The notes below the pieces were generated by a model. The model saw only the letters and a program-made list of their open reading frames with translations, was not told the origin of the DNA and made no database searches. From the NCBI GenBank assembly GCA_001949185.1, contig BDGG01000002.1, positions 1,509,145-1,573,144 on the forward strand: a DNA stretch of 64,000 nucleotides. The letters are read 5' to 3'. The position numbers and the translations under genes are program-made. This document shows, in pieces, positions 38,988 to 51,939 of the stretch. Position 1 is the stretch's first letter. Every line of letters begins with the position of its first letter. The stretch is from Ramazzottius varieornatus (Eukaryota; Animalia; Tardigrada).

Positions 38988-41900
38988 ATGGTGGCAGAAG
39001 ACGTGATCGGATTATTCAAGGAGATTGGTTTGTCGGACGAGAAAGCCAAGGAGACTGCGAAGAATGACCACGTGGCGAAGAATCTGAAAAGCGTTATTGA
39101 ATTGGTACGTTTCTTCTCTAGTGATTTTCTCTGTAAGATTAGCCGTTTCTGCTCAGTGTAACAATTGTTTCATCGCAGTCCAAGAAGACCATCTCTGGAA
39201 ACATTCCAAAACCGGCTGGGACCCTGCTATATGGTTTGGCCACCAAATTCAAGGAACAAGCTCGGGCCCACGTTCCTCTCCTTGTCGAATATATCTGCAA
39301 GGAAAAGCTGACTTCTGAACTGCAGTTAGCTGGTAAGATTCGTATCTCACAAGTTGGAAAAGAGTTTGAAGACGGATGGAAGAATTTGGATGGAATGCTA
39401 GAATGTGAAATTTCGGAGTCGATCAATCAATACCTAATCAACTCGACCCACTTCTGTGACGTCACGAAGTTGTTGCGGTAGACTTACTGTTGTGGTTCAA
39501 TTTCGATGACGCCGTGCGCTGGTGCGTCTTGCACCTGCATGCGCGTTGAATGCGGGCTCACGGTGTACGAGTATGCAGGTCTTGCTTCACGTGGACCATT
39601 TTGTTGCTGGCTTATGACTCAATTCCCGTTTCTCTTCCGGTGCCCCAACTTCTAACCTAGGAGCGTTGGCCGGACTTGCCTTTGTGTTTTGCAGCTGCCT
39701 TGGATTTTGTGTTGGCTCATTCAGCTTCTGAAGGTTTCAACACTGCAGATTTCGAGAAGACTTGTGGTGTCGGAGTATCATATACCGATGCGGAAGTCAC
39801 GATTGCGGTAGGAAAAACTATCTACTGTTGCTTGAATGATTAAATGGCACTATCGACTGGCTTAATATCAAAACAGGTTTGTAGGTGTCTGAAGCGGTTG
39901 CGAAACACAAGGATGCCATTGTTGAAAATCGGTATCGGCTCGTGGTGGGACCTGTAATAACTGACGCTCGAAAAAGCATTCCATGGGTCGAAGGCAAACG
40001 GTTAAAAGATGAGCTTGACAAGCAACTGGAGAAGCTTCTTGGCCCAAAGACTGCAGAGGACAACGAAAGGCCAGCCAAAAAGGTAAGAACAGTCAGTTAG
40101 CCATCACTGAGAGCTCGGCAACATTTCCCGAGAGGCGCAGGGTTCAATTTATCAGCTGAACGTGTGCGCCACTTTCGGAAAACGGTCTTGTTGAGTTCGC
40201 TTGCCTAGTCTCGAGTGTACTTATTTTGCTTTTTGTTTTGTTGCTTGATAGGTTGTTTCTTTTTCCGTTTAGAGAGTAGACAAGCCAGCAGGAGAAAAGT
40301 TCGACGGAAAAGACTCTTCTTCAAAGGCAGAATCAGCTGAAGCGCCTACCATTTCCGAGCTGATGAAGACGCGCGTCCATTTCCATGCGCCCGGTGAAAA
40401 TCACAGGACCGATGGCTATGTGGTGACAAAGAACACGACAGAGCTGTTAAAGAAACACCTGAAAGAAACAGGAGGGAAGGTACAAAATAAAAAAGTGGAA
40501 TGTTCGTTTCAAACTCACGTGTAATTTTTTTCATTGTGATTTTTAGGAATATTGATTCGTTGTAGGTTGTAACCCGCTTTCCTCCGGAGCCCAATGGTAT
40601 CCTTCATATTGGTCACGCCAAAGCCATCAACATCAACTTCGGTTATGCCGCAGCTAAGGATGGCTTATGCTACCTTCGCTTTGACGATACGAATCCAGAG
40701 AAAGAAGAGGAGAAGTTTTTCACAGCTATCCAAGATATGGTTGAATGGCTTGGTAAGCTATCTCCCCCTTCTTCATCATGGTTTTGATTCAATATCGGGC
40801 CTCGCTCTATTTTGGCCGTAGGTTACAAGCCGTACAAGATCACGCATTCTTCCGACTACTTCCAAGAGCTGTATGACCTTGCTGTTGAGCTGATCAAGTC
40901 CAACCAAGCTTACGTCTGTCATCAGAAAGCCGAAGAGCTGAAAGGCTTCAACCCTCCTCCTTCCCCTTGGGCCAACAGGCCGGTGGCGGAATCGCTTAAG
41001 CTTTTTGAAGATATGAAGTGTGGCATGTTCGAAGAAGGAGCTGCCACGTTGAGGATGCGCGTCGTCCTGGAAGAAGGCAAGGTAAACCGAAAAGTTCTTC
41101 GAAGTCGATTTTTTCTGCAACTTTTGCTGATGTCGTTTCGCGATGGGCGCTTCTTCGAGCTTTCCGGAAGTACTTTTGCGACAAAATTTCGACAAGGGTA
41201 GTTTTGGAACTTGTGTTGTATGGGTTGTGGCACTCTTCTGTTACAGGTTGATCCAGTGGCATATCGCATCAAGTACGTTCCCCATCATCGGACGGGAGAT
41301 AAGTGGTGCATCTACCCGACTTACGACTATACCCACTGCTTGTGTGACTCCTTAGAGAACATTTCGCATTCACTGTGCACGAAAGAGTTCCAGCAAAGAC
41401 GGTCCAGTTACTACTGGCTGTGTAACGCACTTAACGTGTACTGTCCGGTACAGTGGGAGTATGGACGGCTGAATGTCAACTACACTTTGGTATCTAAGAG
41501 GAAGATTGCCAAGCTCATCGAAACCCAAATCGTTCGGTAGGTTCGCCGGAGATTTTTCTCGAGCATTTAGAGTGTTGTTTCGTCGGGTTTATTTGTATGA
41601 TCTCAGAGACTGGGACGACCCACGGCTTTTCACCTTGACGGCACTGAGACGAAGAGGTTTTCCACCGGAAGCGATCAACAATTTCTGCGCACTGGTAACT
41701 ATTCTCTTCTTTAACTGTTTCTGTTTGTTTATTCTTCCGACAGCTCGGCGATGAAACCAGACAGGATTCTTCTTTTCCTAGTGGCGCACGCTTTCAGAAA
41801 TAAGACTAGGGAGGTGCGCCACTTGGAGAAGCGATCTTGTCGAGTTTGTTTATTGTCTCAAGTGGCGCACCTTGTCGGTGATATGGCTGAAAGCGAGCGC

Positions 41901-43007
41901 CACTTGTGGATACGATCGCCTGAAGGTTATTTGCTGAGCTTCCGAGTAGAATTAGACTTCAGATTTATATTAGTTCGAAGTGTCATGCATGATTTTTGGT
42001 TTTGCAGCTGGGTGTGACGATGGCTGAAATGGCTGTTGATCCGCAGCTACTGGAAGCCTGTGTACGAGACGTCCTGAACGTCACAGCTCCACGGACCATG
42101 GTGGTGCTCGAGCCACTCAAAGTGACGATAACCAACTTTCCCCACACATCTCATGTCCAAGTCGAAGCTCCCGACTTTCCTGACAAGCCGGCAAAGGGAA
42201 AGCACAACGTAGCCTTCGCCTCTGAGATTTACATCGAAGCCTCCGACTTCCGCAAAGTACGTCCTCACGATATCGTAGCTTCCCGTACCGTATCGCACCG
42301 AACTATCTGTTTCTGTTTTAAGATTTAGGAGGTCGGCCATCAAACTCGATGAGACCGTTTTCTTGAGTGGCGCAGTCTTTAGGCCAATAACGTTGAAACA
42401 TGCGCCAATGCAGAACTCTGGTTTATTGTTACTCGATAGATTATTCTAAGTATATATATTGTGTTTCTTACAGGAAGCCGACAAGAATTACAAACGGCTG
42501 ACGCTAAGCCAACCCGTCGGACTGCGGTACGCCAACGTTGTCATCGAAGTGAAAAAAGTTATAGAAGATAAGGAAGGTAACCCGGTGGAACTTCTGGCTG
42601 AATGTCGGCCACTGAACGAAGTGGAGAAACCCAAAGGGTTCATTCACTGGGTGTCCGAGCCCGTCGTTGTGGAAGTGAGGTTGTACGAGCGCCTCTTTAG
42701 ACACAAGGCTCCTGAAGACCCCAATGAAGTCCCCGGTGGATTTCTATCAGATTGCAACCTCGACTCCATTAGAGTCATACCAATTGCCTTGGCCGACAAA
42801 CATCTACTTGGCGCTAAGCTGTATGATAAGTTCCAGTTTGAACGCGTGGGCTTCTTCAGCGTTGATCCAGATACGACTTGCGACAGGGTACGTAGTCGTT
42901 TTGATCCATTAGTCAATTCAATTTATTTAGTTTGTAGTGTTTTCGTTCTTTTGTAGCTGGTCTTCAACCGAACGGTCTCTCTCAAAGAAGACACAGCCAA
43001 GAACTAA
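38988..43007 (+). CDS. QARS1: Glutaminyl-tRNA synthetase (multi-exon)
   Basis: Eukaryotic N-terminal appendage [13 protein letters not shown]; [18 protein letters not shown] (HIGH); LRFDDTNP; [18 protein letters not shown]; VSKRK; DWDDPRL; [10 protein letters not shown]; [12 protein letters not shown]. Confidence 0.97.
40111..40212. mobile_element. AGTGGCGCAC-family palindromic MITE, copy C (QARS intron)
   Basis: GAGCTCGGCA...AGAGGCGCAG-N23-GTGCGCCACT...GTTGAGTTCGCTTGCC. Confidence 0.65.
41742..41940. mobile_element. AGTGGCGCAC-family palindromic MITE, copy D with a doubled core (QARS intron)
   Basis: AGCTCGGC...TGCTGAGCT ends enclosing two AGTGGCGCAC-N24-GNGCGCCACT hairpins (41780 and 41861). 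Confidence 0.75.
42329..42430. mobile_element. AGTGGCGCAC-family palindromic MITE, copy E (QARS intron)
   Basis: GAGGTCGGCC-ATCAAACTCGATGAGACCGTTTTCTTG-AGTGGCGCAG...ATGCGCCAA; the left arm matches the reverse complement of the right arms of copies B and C. Confidence 0.6.
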
Positions 43008-43101
43008 CTACAACAAATATTTTAAACGAGTTTTTTAAGATTTATGTACTATCATCCCCCTCGTGTTTTCCTTTCATATGTTTTTCGCCTCGACAAGCAA
43101 C

Positions 43102-43107
43102 AATAAA
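43102..43107 (+). terminator. Polyadenylation signal of QARS
   Basis: AATAAA about 95 nt after the stop at 43007. Confidence 0.5.
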
Positions 43108-43696
43108 ATCAATCGAAATTAGTTTTTCGAAATGACTACACGTGCGAGATATCCCACGCGTGAAGACGGACCGGCGAATGCGAAACGATGGCCCGGTGGA
43201 CGCAGACCTAAGCCGAGTTCATTAACCCGCAGTGGATCCAAACCTTGGGTTGATTACCTGTGTATTTCCTTTGTATCAGAAAATGGTTAGTGTACTCCTC
43301 AGATTGCCTGGTCTTCTTCTTCAAGGTCCTCTTCCTGCATTTCCGCCATCCCTTGTTATACTACTCTCCACTCCGGGACAGCTCCTCTGAGTGGCTACAA
43401 GAATGGAGAGGCTGCTGATGCTTCCTTGTTCCGTTCGCAGTCTCGGTACATACAGCTCAGCCGACGTCCTTTGTACTCGTCTTTACACCTGGATCACAAG
43501 CGATATGTGGCAGAAAGCGCAACAATCGAAAGATCTAAAGACGTGGACGGTCGGCAATAAACCAACCAAAATGATTGTCATGGAAATCAATGACCAGTGA
43601 ATACGTCTGTTGGAGAAGTTTCCGAGCAGGGCAGTAAGCCCAGTAGCTCGCAGCCGGTCCGCTCTTGATTCCAGTAGTTCAATTGAGTGACAGAAT

Positions 43697-45989
43697 ATGG
43701 ATGGCTCCGCCGCTCCTCTAGAGACCGACGACAACGCCACTAAGCCATTTTTGGGTGGATATCGGGACCGTATCAGAAATACTGAGTTCCACCACGCTGT
43801 CGCCCAGACTAACCCACGGGTGTTCAGCAGGACGAAAGATGCACAGTGTCGGGAGACCCAGACCAAGCATTTCAAGAATGCGTCGACGCAGGATGTCAGA
43901 GATGGCGCCACTCAGATGACCAAAGTGGGCCTTTATGTGGCAGACAAGAGGGACAAGATTCGATATTCAAGCAAGAGCCAGCGGACTGTTGACGAATACT
44001 TGGCTAGCCGTCTGAAAAAAGTGAGCTACTTCCCATCATTCTGATATACCTTTGCTTTCTCGCGGGGAGCTGGACGCACTGTTTATTTACTGTGTTTCTA
44101 CCAGCTGCTCTAATTTACCAATATTCACGTTGCGCTCTCTGGCATGATTTGATGTTGTACCTGAGTATACCGACCTTGTTGCGTTGTGCAGATCGTCCTG
44201 CTGCAGTCGTGCCTTCGACGATGGTTAGCCAAGCGCCGAGTGGACAAGGCTCGAGCAGATGCAGCGGGAAAAGCCCAGCTGGCCCAAAACTTGGAAGACT
44301 CTCTGACACGTGAGAAAGAAACTGTACTCCATAACGAACATTTACGAAAAACCCACCCAAAGACCAAATCTGATTTCGACCTCGTGTACAAAACCATCGA
44401 AGGTAACGTAATGAATTTCATTGCACGGCTGTTTTTGTTCTTACTGAAATCCAGACTTTCGTATCAAATGGTAAATTATATCTGTATAATAGACTGGAAG
44501 AAAGGCGAGCTGGCAAAGATCAACGAGGCGCTAGATGGACCTGAGCGGAAAGCCCTTCTGTGCAAACTGCATAAAGATGAAGTTGGTCTGCTGACCGCTG
44601 TCGAAGCTCAGAAGATCGCTGCGCGCGACGGACAAGATGAGCGAGCAAGGGATCGGCTTCTCGACAAGCTTCGTGCGCCCATCAAGTTTATGTCTTGCGG
44701 CACCGTACAGCAGCGACTAGAGATGGAGACACCTGACATTAGCCGCGCAAAAGAGCTGGTGCAGCTGTACTATGCCCTGCTCAATAAGAAGAACTCCAAG
44801 TCGGAACGACTGGACCTGCTGCTGTCCGTGACGACCACTGTAGCGGTACGATACTTCTCGCTTGATGGTGTGTGCCGGGTGACGGATGTACTTACAGGCC
44901 TTTGTCTGTGATTTGACATCAGAAATCTCCACCCTGATTGACCGGGAAGTCACCATCTTGACCAGCGGAATGACCATGACGGACCACGTTTTGGACGGAT
45001 TACGATTGCGGATGGCGAACTTGTTCTTGGAAATTATCAAGAACCCAAAATTTAACCCGCAAGTTGCCCGATTCCTGCCTGTAAGTTTTGCCGCAGTCAA
45101 CCTGCGCAGACGAATGACTTTCTGGCACAGGTAGTGCCGATGTCGTATGTCCACCAATCGTAGAAAAACGCCGAAGTTGTCGGCATGGTGAGCGGTCTAC
45201 TTTCTAGACATCCACGATTAGCCGCCGATGAAAAACGCAGCAACCTGAAATTTCCATCCGCACAAAATATTGTTGTTTGGTGTTTAGACGCTTCCTGGAA
45301 ATCCAGAAGCCTTGCCAAAGCGACTTTTCTGCACTTCCTGCAAGACTTACAAAATGGAGCGGCATTTCGAAGACAAACATTCTAGAAGCTACGGTGCCAC
45401 TTCGATGTGTTTCGATTGCTGCCGGCTGAACAACATTGCCATTGCGCGGCACGATATGGGTTTCTACCGACTGATGCTGCAGAACATTCGCAATTCCGAG
45501 ACAGCGTTGTCGCATGAAGTTGACCCAGTCATTCACAAGCTCAGCGAAATCGACCTGAAGCTCGTGCTTGAGACCATCTGGCAGATATCAAGCGCCATCT
45601 CGGGCCGACAGGACTTGTACGATTTGAAGTTTGTACGATGGGACAAGAATCGACCCTGGAGTCCGTGGAACTGTATATTGTTAACGAGACAAGAAGCCAC
45701 AGTACACCTTCGCCTGCTGAATAGAAAGGTAAATTTAAAAAGACTACACGCACACGTAAAGCCTACGAAAAAGAAACCGAGAATCGGATCTCGTTCTGTT
45801 GGTTCTTCATAACTGATGTCTTTTTCCTCCCAGATTTACAGTGAAGCTTTGACCACGAGAATCGAGATGAATCATCAAAGAGCCAGGGATATTTTTGCGG
45901 AACGACTCAGCAAGCCACAAAGCGCTCCCACCATTTGCAAATCCAGACCTTCTGGAACTGCCATTATCGAGACGCCATGTTCTATTTGA
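43697..45989 (+). CDS. IQUB: IQ and ubiquitin-like domain-containing protein (radial spoke component); 5' exons unresolved, possibly up to ~43283
   Basis: KPFLGGYR...TEFHHAVAQT...RETQT...TQMTKVGLYV; IQ-like LLQSCLRRWLAKRRV; HPKTKSDFDLVY; GLRLRMANLFL...PKFNPQ; RWDKNRPWSPWNCILLT. Confidence 0.9.
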
Positions 45990-46314
45990 TATAACTGTTC
46001 ACGCGTTTCACTTGCGAAATATGACTTTTTCGCCAACTTGGTTTCGAAAAAAATGGATCGCTTGCGGCTCTTTTGTGCTATGATATGCTCAGCAGCAGTG
46101 TTTAGTAGGCAGTTTCGCGTAACAAGATGTTGTAATGAGGTAATCGATATGGCTCGTAGAGAATGCAGCGGCCATGTCTTCACTGAAGTTCAGAATAAAG
46201 CTTCCGCGCAGCATTACATGAAAGATTGTCTCACCACAACATCGCGGAAGACCGACTCTCTCGCATGCGCTGAAGCTTAACATCGGAGCTCAGTGTTGGT
46301 CTCTAGGCTCGAAG

Positions 46315-48627
46315 ATGCGTGAGGCTATCTTTTCTGCTTTTTTAGTATTGGTGTTGACCGTGATACTAAAATGTGGAAATTTTGTGGAGGCGCAGCAGCC
46401 GCCAATTCTGACATGCGTTTATGCGTCGTGGGCGTCTTACCGAAAACTTCCTGGTCGGGTAATGGGGGATGAGTTACCAGCCCAGATATGCACACACGCT
46501 GTTTACCTGTATGCTTCCATGGTGGTAAGTCCAGTATACAGTACCAAGAAAATTCTGAGGGTTGTTAATAATTGACGAAAATAATTCTAGAATAATACAC
46601 TGGTGTCATTCGATTCATACAATGATCTCTCCGGACGCGGGCAGCGAGGTATGAGACAACCTGTTTGATTAAAATTCCCGTAGTTTTGAGTCATCTTTCA
46701 CGGTACACTTATATAGCTTATGTTGATTTTTTTCACAGGAAACTACGAAAAGTTCGCGCAACTGAAGAGCAAAAACCCGAAACTGCGGAATTTGATTGGG
46801 TACAGTTTCCAGAAGGAGGGCTGCTTTCTCCCTTCGCAGTGACTAAGCCAAGCTTTTTCAGAGTCGGTGGGTGGAATGCTGGAGGATTCATGTTTAGTCA
46901 GATGGTAAAGAATTCTTGTCACAAATTTCGCTCTTGAGATTGATAAATATTCTTAATCTCTCTCTGGCAGGCAATGAGAAATGCGACAAGGAAGACTTTT
47001 ACTGACAGTGTCATTACCTTCTGCAAGACCTACAGTTTTGACGGCCTACTTATTGGTTAGTCTCAGTAGTTGGCCGAAGGGCAATTGGAGAAGTCTGAAG
47101 AATGTTCTTGTGATAGACTGGCTGGTTCCTGGCGTGGGAGCTCGCGGAGGAGATCCAGACGACTACGCAAATTTTCCAACACTACTGAAGGTACCGTAAT
47201 CCGATGAATGATCCGCTTAAAGTTGACTAGTCGTCAGAGAGGTACTTCTGATCGACATCCAATGTCAATGATTTCAGGAGATGAAAGCGGCTTTCAAAAA
47301 GGAAGCAATCGGTCGAGCGGAGGATCTCATCATTGCAATCACAATTTCTGCGGATATTTCCAACATCGATTATTACGACGTGGAAAACCTGAATATGTGC
47401 GTCTTGTTGTTAAAAAACCCCAAACTTTGGGAAAGAAACGCATGACTCCTCTTCAACTGGCTTTGACTGATTATGGAATATTCTTGTAGTGGCGTGGATA
47501 TTTACTACCTGTTAGCTTACGACTTCTACGGGCCATGGAGCCACGTTACCTACCACCACTCTCCACTCTTCAATCAACCAGGTAACTACAGTGTCGACAC
47601 GGCACTTCAGGGATGGTTCAAGACCAACATCAACAAGGCCAAGCTGGCGTTGGCTGTTACCACCATGGCGCGCTCCTACGCAATCCCCGTGGAAGACAAC
47701 GACGACACGACAAAAATCGGCGTGAAGATCTTGGGTGACGGTAGAGCCGGTCCGCTGACTGCCTCCAACGGAACACTGTCCTACACGGAAGTCTGTCGGA
47801 TGCTGGCTGCTTCTACATATACGGTGATCAAGGATCCTGTAGCCAAAGTTCCCCACGCGTATTCCTACGATGGCGATTTGTGGCTGTCTTTCGAGAACGA
47901 ACAAAGCGTCAAAGACAAGGCAACACGACACTTATAGCACAACCATCCGCAAGACGCACCGATATCGTTTGCTTTTCTGTTTTGCAGGCGGCGTACGTGC
48001 AAAGCCAGAAAGTCGGATCCGGAATCATGATTTTCTCCTCAGATCAAGATGGTAAAAATTTCAATACTGAGATATTTGATCCTCCTTGGCGGGAACCAAA
48101 TTTGAATATATGTGAGATTAGATCCTCACGGGTATTGTGGAACACCTTATCCGTTATCTCGCGCGGCCCGGAGTGTTCTTGCCCCTTTGTCCCCTATTGA
48201 GGACCAAGCCTTCACCTCAGAAATGAACGGCCACGTCGACGCCCTGTGTTTCTCAAAAACTCAAGCCAACTGTGACGTTACACTTCGTTGTCCGAAGTTC
48301 TCCTCAACCGCCTTTGCCTCCGGCGAACTCGACTGTGCTCAAGGCCAGAACTGCACCTTCCCCACATCCGTCCTGGAATGCGTCCTCCCGTCTGGCTTCT
48401 CTTCCGCACGGGACAAGTCGTTTTTCATCCAAAGTACCACAAGCGCTCCCGCTGCTTACACACAAGTGACATGTCGGGCAGATGGCGCCACCAAATCTGA
48501 CAGTTCAGCCGGAAAATACTTTGTATGCGATACGACTGGCTTCGCTACTTTGGAATCTGTCCGGCAGTATGTTTGCCCGGTAGGGTATAGGCTACGAGGA
48601 GCTGGTCCTGTGTGTGTTTTGGAATAA
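46315..48627 (+). CDS. Secreted GH18 chitinase-like protein, predicted inactive, with Cys-rich C-terminal modules
   Basis: Signal peptide; CVYASWASYR, ICTHAVYLYA, VGGWNAG, LAYDFYGPW, HHSPLF, GTLSYTEVC, WLSFEN. The catalytic motif reads FDGLLIDWLVPG. Confidence 0.9.
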
Positions 48628-48660
48628 CGAACGAAATGTTCAATATACGTACACAAAGCA

Positions 48661-49650
48661 TCAACTGCAGTACAAACTAGCTTTCTTGTACGGTGGGGAA
48701 AAACTATCTTGATCATTGTACAGTAAATAATATGAACGTGGGCTCCACACAAGTTGCAAGAGTCGATCCGTCTCCACGAAGACCTGCTTGATGTCTTGAG
48801 GAACGGCGAACTTAACGTTGTTCAGCACAACCTCGACGGCGCGTTTAGAGTCAGCCGTCGGTATCTTCTTCGACTTTTGCAGGGACAATTCATGTCGAGC
48901 CAGGTGTTCTTTCCCAGCTTCCCGGATGACCCATAGAGGGAAGTTGCCATCAATACAGACAATTGTCTGACAGTCTCACCGTTGTTGATAGTCGATGTGG
49001 TGCATCGGACCCTGTTGAATGCGTTTCATGGCCGAATCAGCACGGCGACGGTTCTCATCAGGAACGACACGATACAAGTCCATGGCCAGTTCGCTGAACT
49101 GGTATAACACGGGCACTAGATGCTGATCCATCACCCAGTCGACACAACCATACAGATACAGTAAGACAAGTTTCAGCTCCTCGGCCCAATTTCGAGACAT
49201 ACGTACAGGAGTGCAGTCTTCGATGCTGGCTTTTACTTGTGGCAAGAATTACCTTCCCGCACCGCCGTGGCGAAAAGGCCTCGTCCGTAATTTTTATTTT
49301 CCTAAAATGTCTCGGATCTTGTCTGTCGGCTCGTTCAGCTCGCCGACTGGCCCCAAACCTGTCCGCATAACTCCCCCGGGTGGAAGTTTCGCAAATGAAT
49401 GTAAAGTGGTCAAAGACGTCGTCCTTTTTAGCGCCAGCTGCTTGTCTGGCTTCGATAATGGGTTTCTGGCAGGTGAACACATGCATGAATAAGCAAGCGG
49501 GAATCTGAAGGTAACGCAGTAGAGCGCAAGGGCTTGCAGTATATTTAAAGTAATACATACATGAACAAAATACGTTATCACACGGACCTGAAAAACGACT
49601 TGGCTTATTGTCACTTGAAGTTCCTTCCGTAACGTAACAAAGTTCTTCAT
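48661..49650 (-). pseudogene. Decayed reading frame of unknown function
   Basis: ORFs 49294-49650, 48976-49245 and 48661-48888 share one frame, interrupted by only three stops in about 330 codons. Confidence 0.45.
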
Positions 49651-50143
49651 TGTGATACAGAGCCTTTGCTTCGTTGCTCCAGCAGGACTTTCCCTTGGTA
49701 GTCAGGCCATAGCGGATCAAGTCACTTTCATCTGGCAACATGACGGTTACCTCCCCTTGTTCCGCTTAAATACTCCGGTCACGACCGATCGGGACTCGAC
49801 AGCTCCATACCTGATTGAAACAGAAGGAGAAGGAGTTGGAATCATTAGACATGTGCTTGCATTCAGAGCTTGCACATACTGGGAAATTTGTCCTGATCAT
49901 TTTTCGATGAAATCCAGCGCTTCCCGAATTATGCAGTGGAGGTGAGATTTTCCACAGCCAGGAATGCCTATATCTATGAAGTATGTGTTCAGAAGAGCTC
50001 GCCAGTCTTCTCTAATCTGAAAACGAAATTGAAAATGTACTGTACTGATAAACACAGTCAAAACCTTTGTTCAGTACAAGTCCTCATACGTCCGACTCTG
50101 ATCACTTCAGAAAACTTTGTGTAAAAATTCTCAACACGAAATA

Positions 50144-50418
50144 CAGTCCTACCTGTGAAATGTGACAATTGCTTCTTCTGCAACCGACCAGCGTTTCTGC
50201 ACGAGACTGCCGGCCATGCACTGCGCGGCACGATCAGCTGATCGACGTCCGGTTATGGCTCGACTTGATCAAGTAAAGACTTGATCAAGTTAAGTAAGCG
50301 CCTGTCCGATCAGCTAATCGGTCTCATGCGAACAGCATAGCGAGCAGCCCCGTGTACACACGTACCGTCCGGAACTGAAATCGGGCGTTTGAACTGTCAT
50401 ATCTCACAGGTAGGACTG
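50144..50418. mobile_element. Tc1/mariner-superfamily palindromic MITE (275 bp)
   Basis: 27-bp TIR with 24/27 matches (CAGTCCTACCTGTGA...); TA on both flanks; GACTTGATCAAGT present twice near the centre. Confidence 0.85.
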
Positions 50419-51939
50419 TATTCGGAACTTTTCACAATCAGAATACTTGCCATGATTCTTCCATTGACCCCGGCAGCCACTGTCAGACAAAGTTTGACAG
50501 CGACATAGACTGTCTGGAAGGAAAGGCCAAACCGGCGAGACATTCATTCGAGATATTCGGACACCTCTTGGTCGAGATCATGCTGTAGGGTTTTCGTGAG
50601 ACCGGTACCAGCAATTACCACTTTCAGAGCCCGGCGCACCTCCGTCATTTGACTTTCCGTTTGCTCATTATGAAGTACGCGAAAACGAGACAGAAACGGA
50701 TGCAGCCAAGTAATCCAGAAACACTCTGATATGAGGTTCGTTCGAGGAGCAAATCGCAGCAACGATTCCGACGACCTTGACCGAGTAAAAAAGCCCAAAA
50801 TGGACGTTTACTGGATATATTCGTATCGGGTGTCCTCAGTTTTATTGCCACAGGAAAACGAAGCCATTCCCCTGAAAAGCGTAGCTCTATCTCTTAATGT
50901 TTGACACCGCTAATCCAGTTCAGCTGCTGTGGACCGTCTCAGTACTGCAGAGAGTGCTCTGGATTAGGCGGGCCCGGGAACGCTAAATGTCAGTCAAGTC
51001 CGGCTTTCATTATAAACCGCTAACCAGCAACAGAAAACATCATGTAGACGGTCCTGTCGATAGAGAGTATCGAATGCGTGGTTACGGTTATTCCTCTGTT
51101 CTCGATTGCGTTCTCTATTGCTCATCAATGTGAAATTGCGTATTGCTCATAATGTCAGTGGTACAGTTCACAATTAGGCGCACCTTCTGCCCCCTTCTAT
51201 TGTGCGTCCGGCTTCATCTACAATTGTTTCGGCATCATACTTATAGGTAACGTTCCAGCGCCAAATTCCCACAAACCGGACATTCACAATGCCAGCATAG
51301 GTACTGTAGTGTCTCTATCACATTCCGGACACAAAATCTCTCAAGTTTAGTGTTGATAAAATATAGACATCAATCCCCAAATGGACCATGGTTTAATAGG
51401 TCGGTGTCGAATGGGCGTACACGCACGGTAACGCCGTCTGTCGTTCCCCTAATAAACCGATGCAATTGGCCGCTGCTGGAGTGGTCATCTAATTACACAT
51501 AAATGCATTACATCTCTTTTCTTTTCAAGTCATAATCAAGGAAGGGAGTGAACAGCTTTGTGCAGCCACGGTCAAACTTCTTCGCTCGATGGTCGGAAAG
51601 GCCCACCGTCGAGCCTTTCGGATGCCGTTGTAGCGACAGCGGATACCCGCTGACGAAGCGCAAACTAAAAACACGGTGTAGGCGGTCTAGGTTTGGGTGA
51701 CGGATCGCTCCGGCACTAGGTCGTTCGGCGTGTGACGTCACCCAAAGGCTCATAGGGGGGTCACATGAAAATCGTCCATTGAGCGAAGAAGTTTGCCACG
51801 GTCAGGTGAGAGAACTGAGATGGCTGTCTTCACAAAAGACGCCCGTCTTATCGCTTTAGCCGGGTCTTTACGCGTGTCGTTCAAATGACCTGCCGGACTG
51901 AGTGGTGGGGTTTGTGTTCATTTTTTGGGTTTCGGCAGC

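Noticed and set aside
41780-41904. Repeat-spacer pattern as a CRISPR-like array
   Set aside because: Eukaryotic intron, inverted rather than direct units, only two units, no cas genes.
48976-48978. In-frame TGA as Sec or programmed readthrough
   Set aside because: Two TAA stops interrupt the same frame upstream, and I recognise no SECIS.
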